A stretch of DNA of 64,000 nt from an uncultured Candidatus Saccharimonadales bacterium (GTDB lineage: Bacteria; Patescibacteriota; Saccharimonadia; UBA4664): positions 287,290 through 351,289 of the forward strand of contig CAZSRA010000001.1 in the NCBI GenBank assembly GCA_964609585.1, written 5' to 3'. The translations under genes and the position numbers were made by a program. Below are positions 17,378-25,101 of this stretch, piece by piece (position 1 is the first letter of the stretch; each line of letters opens with the position of its first letter). The notes under the pieces were generated by a model that was not told the DNA's origin, did not search any database, and saw nothing but the letters and a program-made list of their open reading frames with translations.

Positions 17378-18116
17378 CTGAGCCTACATATTTTTTGAAT
17401 CCACTCGTGAAGGTGGCGATTTTTTTCGAGTCAATCATATAGCCTTCTAGATCTCTCGTTTCCTCGATGAAGGAAATGCTGCGCTCGCTCATGGCAAAGG
17501 CGGCAGTTGCAAAGCGGTCGGCTTCGTAGACGTTTGGACCGATAACGGTAAGGCTTGCGATGTTGGCTAGGGGGTCGTTTTCGTCGAAGGGGTTGTAGAT
17601 GTGACTGCCGCGAATGTAGGTTCCTGACGTGGCCATGCCTTGGTTGTGGAGGTGCACAACTTTGACGATTTCGCCGAGATTAAAGGGGCTGCGGATGCCG
17701 ACGGCCCATGGCTGTCCTTGAGCATTTACGCCGTGAGCCTGGATGTCGCCACCGGCTTCAATGTAGAAGTTGCGGGCGCCGAGTTCTTGAAACTTATTGG
17801 CGGCATTTTGGATGGCCCAGCCTTTTACGAGCCCCGAAGGGTCGAGGCGGCCATTGTGTTCGATATTAAAGTATCCGTGCGTGAGTTTTGAGGTTTCGGC
17901 GCATAGCTTTAAGACGTGGAGCATCTCCTTGCTCCACTGGTTTCTACCGAGGCCATCATTGATTTTTGAGATTTCGCTTGATGGTTTGTAGGTGCTGTAG
18001 CGCTCATCGATAGTCTTAAAGTAGGTAAAAATGTTTTCGATGTCGGCGCCCATGATGTTTCTATCCAGCACTTCGATCGTAATAGGCATTCCCATAATGA
18101 TTTGAGTTTGTTTCAT
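17370..18116 (-). CDS. apbE: ApbE-family FAD:protein FMN transferase
   Basis: 248-aa ApbE fold (…GLVKGWAIQ…, …IEAGGDIQAHG…); overlaps the downstream reductase gene start by 8 nt. Confidence 0.8.
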   Translation of the reverse strand: MKQTQIIMGMPITIEVLDRNIMGADIENIFTYFKTIDERYSTYKPSSEISKINDGLGRNQWSKEMLHVLKLCAETSKLTHGYFNIEHNGRLDPSGLVKGWAIQNAANKFQELGARNFYIEAGGDIQAHGVNAQGQPWAVGIRSPFNLGEIVKVVHLHNQGMATSGTYIRGSHIYNPFDENDPLANIASLTVIGPNVYEADRFATAAFAMSERSISFIEETRDLEGYMIDSKKIATFTSGFKKYVGSDV

Positions 18117-18125
18117 ACTCTTTGT

Positions 18126-18581
18126 TTAGGCCTGCGATAACGCTGAGCTTAGTGATTGAGTGAAAGCTTGAGAGGTAAAGGTGGCTCCGGAAACGACTTG
18201 AACGTCAGCGCTTTGAGCCTGGATGGCTTCTTGCTGCAAATACGGCATGGCTTGGCTATTAATTTCGATAGAGGTTGAGTGCGTATCGGGATATTGCAAG
18301 AAGGTAACATTGGTTAATTTCCCGCCGGAGATCGTAGCCTTCACTTGAACGCTCCCGTAATAAGCATCGGCTACGGTACCGGTATAGGTACCATCTTTAT
18401 ACCGGGCAGCATTGGCTGCAGGCGGAGTTGCTGCGGAATTGTTTGAAATTAGCGGGCTTGGCGAAGCACTGCCTTCTGATAAGGATGCAGGCTTGGGTAA
18501 CGTTGGTGTTTCGTGGCGCATCCCCAAGCTATAGAGCATAAATATGCCAAAAACGCCGGCTGCAACAATAAATCTTTTCAT
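18126..18581 (-). CDS. Membrane-anchored FMN-binding domain protein (predicted flavinylation substrate)
   Basis: N-terminal TM anchor MKRFIVAAGVFGIFMLYSL, then an FMN_bind-type domain with the D-x(4)-SGAT flavinylation motif (DVQVVSGATFTS). Confidence 0.7.
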   Translation of the reverse strand: MKRFIVAAGVFGIFMLYSLGMRHETPTLPKPASLSEGSASPSPLISNNSAATPPAANAARYKDGTYTGTVADAYYGSVQVKATISGGKLTNVTFLQYPDTHSTSIEINSQAMPYLQQEAIQAQSADVQVVSGATFTSQAFTQSLSSALSQA

Positions 18582-18691
18582 TGCGACTAGTTTGTCAGAT
18601 TTTGCTGTAGATTTCCTGAGTTATGAGTGTGGTTGTCTTTCACAGCCGATGCGCGGATACTAAAAACAGTTATGTTGAAGAGTGGTGATTT

Positions 18692-19774
18692 ATGAACCGA
18701 CGTCTGTTTGTTGCTGCGGGTGTTGCCTTAGTACTTGGTATCGGAGTCTGGTCTGGACTAGCTACGAAAACTTATGGGCCTATTATTCAGGTAAGTATGG
18801 CGATTTCGGTCGTGGCGGCTCTGCTCAATATGCTGGCTGTTCCCTTTTTTCTTGGAGGTGTTCGCCAGTTTAAAGCCGAGCTGCAGCGGGCCTACCTCAT
18901 TCTTTGTATCGGTATTGGGATCTTTGGGTTTGCGCAGATTCAGTTACCATTCATCACGCTCTTTGACTGGTGGGGTTGGATTAATTCTGGTGGAATTGCC
19001 GTGCCGTACCTTGTGGGAGTTGTTTGTATGCTTTGGGGTATGCGGGTGTTCGCGGCACTTTTACGAGTAAAGCGATTTGGGACGTCGCCATTTGCGGCAT
19101 TTGGTTTGTCGGTGGTGCTGTCGCTTGCTGCCGTTTTGGTGCCGCATGTTAAGATCGCGACTGATGAGCTTACGTTTCATTTATCGCTTGCGATTAGTAT
19201 TTTTGATTCGGTATTTGTGAGCTTTGCGGCTGTGATTGCTTTTCAAATTCGAAGAATTATCGGCGCGACCTATATCCGGTCAATGAGCTGGCTGTGTGCT
19301 GCACTGGTAGTCGTTTCTGTTGCCGGCTGGCAGTATGTGGCGGTTCAATTAACGTTGCATACTGGTGACTGGTACTACGACTATACGGTTATGGTAGCTC
19401 CGTTTATTTTGGGCGGTTTGCTGTTGGTGGCGGCGGGGTATGCGTTTAGCAATATCAATGTTTGGTCGGGCGGTAGGGCAAGCCAGCGTTCGGCGTTGGA
19501 GCTGGATGTGGTGATGTATGTGGCGGGCTTGGTGTCTAATCCGTCGGAGATAAACTTGGCTTTGGAAGATGTGCGCCGGGTGACCTCGCACATGACGTTT
19601 GGACAGGCTTTATCGGATGAAGGCCGAGCGGTGATGGTGGGAGTATATGCAAAAATAGAGCTTTACCTGGTTGAGAATGATCCCTTGCGGACATTTTCGC
19701 GGGAAGAACTTCGGCACAGAATCGCCAAAGAGTTTGAACTGGGCGATCAGCCGAGCTTGCCATTGTGGGCTTAG
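18692..19774 (+). CDS. Hypothetical polytopic membrane protein (360 aa)
   Basis: Long ORF with ~8 hydrophobic segments; divergent from the FMN-binding/ApbE/reductase operon. Confidence 0.55.
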   Translation: MNRRLFVAAGVALVLGIGVWSGLATKTYGPIIQVSMAISVVAALLNMLAVPFFLGGVRQFKAELQRAYLILCIGIGIFGFAQIQLPFITLFDWWGWINSGGIAVPYLVGVVCMLWGMRVFAALLRVKRFGTSPFAAFGLSVVLSLAAVLVPHVKIATDELTFHLSLAISIFDSVFVSFAAVIAFQIRRIIGATYIRSMSWLCAALVVVSVAGWQYVAVQLTLHTGDWYYDYTVMVAPFILGGLLLVAAGYAFSNINVWSGGRASQRSALELDVVMYVAGLVSNPSEINLALEDVRRVTSHMTFGQALSDEGRAVMVGVYAKIELYLVENDPLRTFSREELRHRIAKEFELGDQPSLPLWA

Positions 19775-19891
19775 GGAAGGCTTTTTGTGTGAGGAGAAAT
19801 TTCCAGAACCTCTTTGATTAGCATATTGCTTTTCCTTGATTTCTGTTTTATAATACTCTTGATAAAATTTATGGAGGGTGTCGGAGTATGT

Positions 19892-20149
19892 ATGAGGATA
19901 GAGCTTTCCCCTGGTGAACTAACGAACGACCTCCAGCAAGTATTTACCGCACGATTTATAAGAGAGTCGGATTTGATTGCCGAGATTAAGAATGCACCGC
20001 ATGATATTGTGACGCGTTGGGCTGAATTAATGCGCGAACTTCATGATGGACTACCGGAAATTAAACGGGTTGGTTTTTGTGCGTATTGTGGTAGCACGAA
20101 TCGCCGAGACCAGTTTTGTGGTGATTGTGATCGCGTCTTTTTGGATTAG
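19892..20149 (+). CDS. Small zinc-ribbon protein (CxxC...CxxC)
   Basis: C-terminal CAYCGSTNRRDQFCGDCDRVF. I place the start at ATG 19892 (MRIELSPGEL); GGAGGGTG lies upstream at 19873-19880. The N-terminal extension in the ORF track looks non-coding. Confidence 0.45.
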   Translation: MRIELSPGELTNDLQQVFTARFIRESDLIAEIKNAPHDIVTRWAELMRELHDGLPEIKRVGFCAYCGSTNRRDQFCGDCDRVFLD

Positions 20150-20243
20150 TAAGCTTGTTTTTTGCGCTTATGTTTGATTAATGCTCTTACTTAGGAGTAT
20201 AACGCTATCACCCTGTCCCCCACTGTGAATGGAGGTGAGCTTA

Positions 20244-21791
20244 GTGCTCACACTCAGAATGAACCGTCTGCGGACGGGTTGTACCTTGGCACTGCGTTGT
20301 TGCGCGGGGCTGCTTGTGATGACGGCGATCTGGTATTTCGTGATCGTCATGATGCTTCGAAGCTTCCCCACCGATAATACCGAGATCCTCGGTGTGCAGA
20401 TCAGCGTCGGGGCTAGAGCGCCAGGCTTTAGCTTCTGCGGACCTGGTCAGTTGATGACCTACGGAAGTGCTGTGGCGATCCGAGCCATCAGCTCTTGCGG
20501 GCTTGTCCGGCCGGCGATCGAGACGCATGCATCGGGTCAGCAGATCGTGGCGGCTACAAAGGTGAAGGCTGCTTCTGGCGAAGCTGGGCACAAGATCGCT
20601 GCGGCTTACGCACATTGGGCGCTTGTGCGTAGCTTGTGGCTCTTGGGCGTGGCCGTTGTTTTGATAGGTGCTTTCGTCTGGTGGCGTCGTTCCCTGGACA
20701 AGGGGAAGGAGCCATTTGCCGCGACACTTCGGCGGGCCGGTCGACTGGGTGTCGTTTTGATGACGGCGCTGGCGTTGATGTGGGGCGGATCTTTGTGGTC
20801 GGCTTATGCTGGCTCACAGAATCTCAAGACTGTCCGGACGGTTGATCAGCTGTTTGGTTATAACGGCGGCCTTCGGGTTTCGCCAGCGCCCGTGGGTCCA
20901 CGTGTAGCCGGCAAGAACCTGGCGGTCATCGGGGACTCGCGAGTCTCCCCGTGGGAAGATCCGAAAACGCCTGGCTTCAAGCCGCTCGATCCGGAGCTCG
21001 TGACGTTCGACGGTCTGGTTTGCGCCAGAGGTAGCGATTCGCTAGCTGCGTTGCTCCAGCAACTCAATGGGGCTTCGCGGGTGCGGGCCGACAACCTGGC
21101 ATGCCCGAGTGCCACGATCGATCACGGATTGTTGGACGCGCAGCCCCGCAGCTACCAGGCTCCCGGCAGTGCGACGCCCGAAACTGTGATGATCGAGCCG
21201 CAGGTCGGTCTGCTCAAGCAGTTGACCGACTTGCAACAGGTGGTTGTAGTGATCGGGCCGAATGATGTTCACTGGTCGTTCCTGATGGGAACGTGTCTCG
21301 TCATCGGATGCGGCAATCCGGCGGCCGATAGCTCTGTGTCGTCGGAGCTGGCGAACTTCCAGACGTCGTACAACGACTTGCTGGCAGAACTCGCGGCTTT
21401 GCCGACTCATCCGGCGGTTGTGATCGTCGGTTCGTACGGACTCTATGACCCGGGGGCAGCTGGAACTACGTGCGCGGATCTGAAGTCGAGCGTGGGCTCG
21501 CACGATATCAATGCCTACGACATCGAGCAGATAGAAAAGTCGCGTACTGAGCTCAACGGCTTGCTCGAAGCTGGTGCCAAGCGCAAGGGGTTCGCGTATG
21601 TGGAGCCGCAACTAGCTCCCTTGTGCGCACCAGACCCAACGGGTGTGGGCGCTCAAATCGTCGGCACCAGCTCTCCCTACCGGTTCCATCCCACGCGGCT
21701 CGGTGAGCTTGTGCTCGCCGGGCAGGTCAACACCGCCCTGGACCACGCAAGGTTGTCGCTTCCCCCAGCCCTTGTGGGCAGCGGTCGCTAA
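20244..21791 (+). CDS. Membrane-anchored SGNH/GDSL-family hydrolase (G+C-rich gene)
   Basis: GGAGGTG SD at 20230-20237, then GTG at 20244. TM segments near the N-terminus, a GDS block (LAVIGDSRVS) and C-terminal HPT(R) consistent with an SGNH catalytic triad. Much higher G+C than flanks by eye. Confidence 0.7.
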   Translation: MLTLRMNRLRTGCTLALRCCAGLLVMTAIWYFVIVMMLRSFPTDNTEILGVQISVGARAPGFSFCGPGQLMTYGSAVAIRAISSCGLVRPAIETHASGQQIVAATKVKAASGEAGHKIAAAYAHWALVRSLWLLGVAVVLIGAFVWWRRSLDKGKEPFAATLRRAGRLGVVLMTALALMWGGSLWSAYAGSQNLKTVRTVDQLFGYNGGLRVSPAPVGPRVAGKNLAVIGDSRVSPWEDPKTPGFKPLDPELVTFDGLVCARGSDSLAALLQQLNGASRVRADNLACPSATIDHGLLDAQPRSYQAPGSATPETVMIEPQVGLLKQLTDLQQVVVVIGPNDVHWSFLMGTCLVIGCGNPAADSSVSSELANFQTSYNDLLAELAALPTHPAVVIVGSYGLYDPGAAGTTCADLKSSVGSHDINAYDIEQIEKSRTELNGLLEAGAKRKGFAYVEPQLAPLCAPDPTGVGAQIVGTSSPYRFHPTRLGELVLAGQVNTALDHARLSLPPALVGSGR

Positions 21792-21853
21792 AGCGATGAT
21801 CCCCGAATGACCCGTTCCTGCACCTTGTGTGTGGGGGCGGGTCCTCAATGTTT

Positions 21854-22396
21854 TTAGAGCAACCCGAGGTGGTGTAATCCGGCGTACCCGAGCGTGGTAT
21901 CGCTCATTTGGCCTGCGAATAGGTTTTCTTTGAATTGGCTGATGGAAAGCAGGGCCAATCGGCCGAACTCCGTTGCGTCTAATTTTGGCTCGGTTGCCGG
22001 TTTTGCGCTGCGACCGATGAACATATGTGATTTTCCGGTTGTATAGGCGTCTCGGTAATATGAGCCCAAATAGGTTAGATCTGCTGTATAGCCGGTTTCT
22101 TCGGCTAATTCTCGTTGGGCTGCAGACGGCGGGTTTTCGCCATTATCGATAGCTCCTCCTGGCAACTCGAACAGTAAGGCTTCGGGTCCGGGACGAAATT
22201 GCGCGAAGCATAGAATTTTGTGCTCTGGAGTTATGGCTAGGATTGCGGCTGCTCCATTTGAAGCGACGACATCGAAGTTGGCCGATTTTCCATTAGGAAG
22301 CGTAAACTCGCGTCGGAGTATCTTGCGATAGCCATCGTACACCAATGTTTCGTTTGTTTTGGTCCATGCGTCAGTTGATTTAGCATGCATTTTCAT
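21854..22396 (-). CDS. NUDIX hydrolase (ADP-ribose pyrophosphatase-like)
   Basis: Nudix box GGAIDNGENPPSAAQRELAEETGY. The start ATG at 22394-22396 overlaps the stop of the upstream DUF1653 gene (ATGA), so I place the start at M20 of the tracked ORF. Confidence 0.8.
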   Translation of the reverse strand: MKMHAKSTDAWTKTNETLVYDGYRKILRREFTLPNGKSANFDVVASNGAAAILAITPEHKILCFAQFRPGPEALLFELPGGAIDNGENPPSAAQRELAEETGYTADLTYLGSYYRDAYTTGKSHMFIGRSAKPATEPKLDATEFGRLALLSISQFKENLFAGQMSDTTLGYAGLHHLGLL

Positions 22397-22680
22397 CCGA
22401 TTCGAGTAAAGCGCTTTTGGAGCTTGCCATTTACTTCGACTTCTTCGATCCAACTTGAAACGGGGCGTATCCAGGTGAGGTTATCCCCGTACTCGGCCTG
22501 GTAGACTACGCAAGGCTCGTTGTCTTCTTCGCGCAGGGCAAGCGCAAGCACCTTGTAGCTAAGCTGTTTATAGTGCAGGTAGTGCGCGCCGACGGTTACT
22601 TGCTGGCTGGCTTCTGCTTGTTTGGCGGAGAGAACGGCTTGAGATGCTTTGGGGTGTTTCATGAACTTATTATAGATCAA
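22393..22680 (-). CDS. DUF1653-family small protein
   Basis: YLHYKQLSYKVLALALREEDNEPCVVYQAEYGDNLTWIRPVSSWIEEVEVNGK matches the DUF1653 pattern (YxHYKG...Y.V...A.H.E......VVY..LYGD...W.RP...F). Confidence 0.65.
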   Translation of the reverse strand: MIYNKFMKHPKASQAVLSAKQAEASQQVTVGAHYLHYKQLSYKVLALALREEDNEPCVVYQAEYGDNLTWIRPVSSWIEEVEVNGKLQKRFTRIG

Positions 22681-22717
22681 AGCCCCACTTGCCTTGTGCG
22701 TGCGGGGCTTTGTGTTT
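22679..22717. terminator. Putative terminator hairpin downstream of SRPBCC gene
   Basis: aaAGCCCCActtgccttgtgcGTGCGGGGCTttgtgttt: imperfect GC stem flanked by an A-tract and a T-tract. Confidence 0.35.
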
Positions 22718-22749
22718 GGGCAGCTAGCAGGTTGCTGCCAGGTATCTCT

Positions 22750-23235
22750 CTATTTCCCGGAAGTCATTGCTTTTTCGTCTTCGGTTGCTGGGCGCCCGGT
22801 TGCATTGGGGTGTCCTTTGCCGGTGACGATTAAATCCTTCATGCTGCTATTAATGTAGGTTGGCCAGGCATTAGAGCAAACTTCGTAGCACTCATAGGCT
22901 GGAACGAGACCTTTGTGGGTGAATTGAAGTTTAGTTTTGCCGTCTTCCTGGGAGATGTCAAAAATCATTTCGGTATCTACCCACTCAGTCTTGTCTTTGA
23001 TGAAACTCATATAGTTTTCAACCACGTGCCAAACGACTTTTTTGCCTGGAACAAATTCAGTTATCTTGATTTTGCAACGGTGAACGTCTTCGAAATGATA
23101 ATCAAACACGCTACCTAGCTTATCGGTGTCGCCTTCAATTTCTTCTGACCACCATCCTCTGGGGTTGGTAACGGCGGCAAAAACCTCTTCCGGGGTTTGG
23201 TCTACGGTAAATGATGTTGTGTAACTTTTATCCAT
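22750..23235 (-). CDS. SRPBCC-superfamily protein (AHSA1/polyketide-cyclase-like), paralog 1
   Basis: 161 aa; 45-50% identical by eye to the adjacent paralog (TTSFTVDQ.PEEVF.A..N.R.WWS....G.TDKLG..F.Y......H.K..ITEFVPGKK.VW...E.......K.EW..TE.IFDI...DGKT...FTHKGLVPA.ECY..CS.AW). Confidence 0.7.
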   Translation of the reverse strand: MDKSYTTSFTVDQTPEEVFAAVTNPRGWWSEEIEGDTDKLGSVFDYHFEDVHRCKIKITEFVPGKKVVWHVVENYMSFIKDKTEWVDTEMIFDISQEDGKTKLQFTHKGLVPAYECYEVCSNAWPTYINSSMKDLIVTGKGHPNATGRPATEDEKAMTSGK

Positions 23236-23254
23236 AATTTTTTAACTCCTGTGT

Positions 23255-23698
23255 TTATAAATCTTTCTGTGGTTTGCCGGTAGTGATGAACTCGCGCAAA
23301 CTAGCAACAGCACTACTCCAGGCGCTTGAGCAATTGTCGTAGCATTCGAAGGCAGGAACGAGTCCTTTGTGGGTGAAGCGAACGTTGGTTTTGCCATCTT
23401 TTTCTTCAATATCAAAGATGACTTCGGTGCCTTTCCACTCGTTTTTGTCTTTCACGAAATTAATGGAAGACTCGATAATGAGCCAAACAATTTTTTTACC
23501 AGGTACAAATTCGGTAATTCTTTGTTTGGTGTAGTGGAACTCTTTGTGGGCGTAGGTAAATTCAGCACCGAGTTTGTCGGTGTCACCTTGTGCGCCTGGG
23601 TCACCGCTCCACCAGCTGCGGACGTCATTTATGGCGTCGAAGACTTCCTTAGGACTTTGATCTACGGTGAATGTAGTAGTGTAGCCTTGATTATTCAT
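23255..23698 (-). CDS. SRPBCC-superfamily protein, paralog 2
   Basis: 147 aa, tandem paralog of 22750-23235. Confidence 0.7.
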   Translation of the reverse strand: MNNQGYTTTFTVDQSPKEVFDAINDVRSWWSGDPGAQGDTDKLGAEFTYAHKEFHYTKQRITEFVPGKKIVWLIIESSINFVKDKNEWKGTEVIFDIEEKDGKTNVRFTHKGLVPAFECYDNCSSAWSSAVASLREFITTGKPQKDL

Positions 23699-23758
23699 GA
23701 TATGTGCATACTCCTTTTGCTTAATTATTTGTCCTATGCCCTGCGGTGTCTAGGGCTT

Positions 23759-24454
23759 CTAGGACGGAATGACGAGTCGATCGACTGGACCAGATAGGAT
23801 TGATTTGATATGGCGACTGAAGTCATCGACGAGGACTTCGGTGTCGCCGCGGTCTAGGCCTTCGAGAGAAATACGGGCGACGTCACGCGGGTCCATTTTG
23901 GGACCGTTGATGATGCCTCGGATCATTTCGGTGTCAATTGGGCCAACGTGAACGCCAATTACGAGCGTACTTTGCGTTTCGAGCTCCTGACGGAGAGAGT
24001 TCGTGACCGACCATAAAGCAGCTTTAGTCGCGGCGTATGAACCTAATGGTAGCCAGGCGGCGACCGAAGTTATGACCATGAGTGTGCCGCCGCCGTTGGT
24101 TTTGAGGACGGGTGCCATAGCCTGTGAGACTTGGATGGGGCCAAAAACATTCGTTTCAAACTGGTTACGAATATTTGGCAAGGTGGCTGTTAAAATGGTG
24201 TCAGGCAAGAATATAGCCGCGTTATTTATGAGAACGTCGACGTCTGGTGCTAGCTCTGGTAGCTTGGCTATGGACGCGCTATCCGTAACATCCAACAAGA
24301 TGTTTACGATTCGGGGGTCTTTAAAATCATGTGGTTTGCGCGAAGTGGCGTACACTTTTGCTGCGCCTTTTGCTAGCAGCTCCTCGACGAGGGCTAAGCC
24401 GAGTCCCCTATTGGCGCCCGTCACTAAGGCGATTGAATCTTTAATGTTTTTCAA
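23759..24454 (-). CDS. Short-chain dehydrogenase/reductase (SDR)
   Basis: TGANRGLGLAL (TGxxxGxG) and YAATKAAL (YxxxK). I place the start at TTG 24452-24454, preceded by a perfect AGGAGT SD 6 nt upstream; the tracked ORF continues upstream in frame. Confidence 0.8.
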   Translation of the reverse strand: MKNIKDSIALVTGANRGLGLALVEELLAKGAAKVYATSRKPHDFKDPRIVNILLDVTDSASIAKLPELAPDVDVLINNAAIFLPDTILTATLPNIRNQFETNVFGPIQVSQAMAPVLKTNGGGTLMVITSVAAWLPLGSYAATKAALWSVTNSLRQELETQSTLVIGVHVGPIDTEMIRGIINGPKMDPRDVARISLEGLDRGDTEVLVDDFSRHIKSILSGPVDRLVIPS

Positions 24455-24538
24455 GTGAATACTCCTAAATTTACCGTTACGAAATAGATAGTACACAGAT
24501 CTGTTTACTTTTGCAAGTACATTTGCTATAATGCCTTT

Positions 24539-25093
24539 ATGAAAGCTTCAACTGCCAGTAAACCAAAAGACCGAATCATTGATGTCTCGGCTAAACTTTT
24601 CTATGGGCACGACGCGCACGCAATTGGCGTGGACCGAGTTTGCGAAGACGCCCACGTATCTAAGCGCACGCTATATAAGTATTTTCCGACCAAAGAGGTT
24701 TTAGTTTCTACGGCTATGGGCACGCTTGGACAAGCCTGGGCTGAGGCTTATATGGGTGCGGACTCAGACGACCCGGTTGAGCGCATTACGTATGTGTTTA
24801 CTTTGCTTGAGAGCAAGGCTGGGCTGGACGACTTTTATGGATGTCACCAAATGAACACGAGTATTGAGCTCAGGGACTCTGATGCTCCCGCAAAGGACAT
24901 GGCTAAAGCTTTGAAGCATGATCTTTACGACTACTTTCGGCAGCAGGCGGTTTTGCTTGCGGTAAAGGATCCCGATGAGCTGGCACAGCAACTGATACTG
25001 CTCTTTGATGGCTGCAGTGCTTGGATTGTGATGCGACGGGCGTTTCCGGCTTCGACTTTTAAGACGTTGGATTTATTGTTGGGTCGAGCGTAG
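24539..25093 (+). CDS. TetR-family transcriptional regulator
   Basis: N-terminal TetR HTH (RIIDVSAKLFYGHDAHAIGVDRVCEDAHVSKRTLYKYFPTKEVL); divergent from the SDR gene. Confidence 0.8.
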   Translation: MKASTASKPKDRIIDVSAKLFYGHDAHAIGVDRVCEDAHVSKRTLYKYFPTKEVLVSTAMGTLGQAWAEAYMGADSDDPVERITYVFTLLESKAGLDDFYGCHQMNTSIELRDSDAPAKDMAKALKHDLYDYFRQQAVLLAVKDPDELAQQLILLFDGCSAWIVMRRAFPASTFKTLDLLLGRA

Positions 25094-25101
25094 CTCGTTT
25101 T

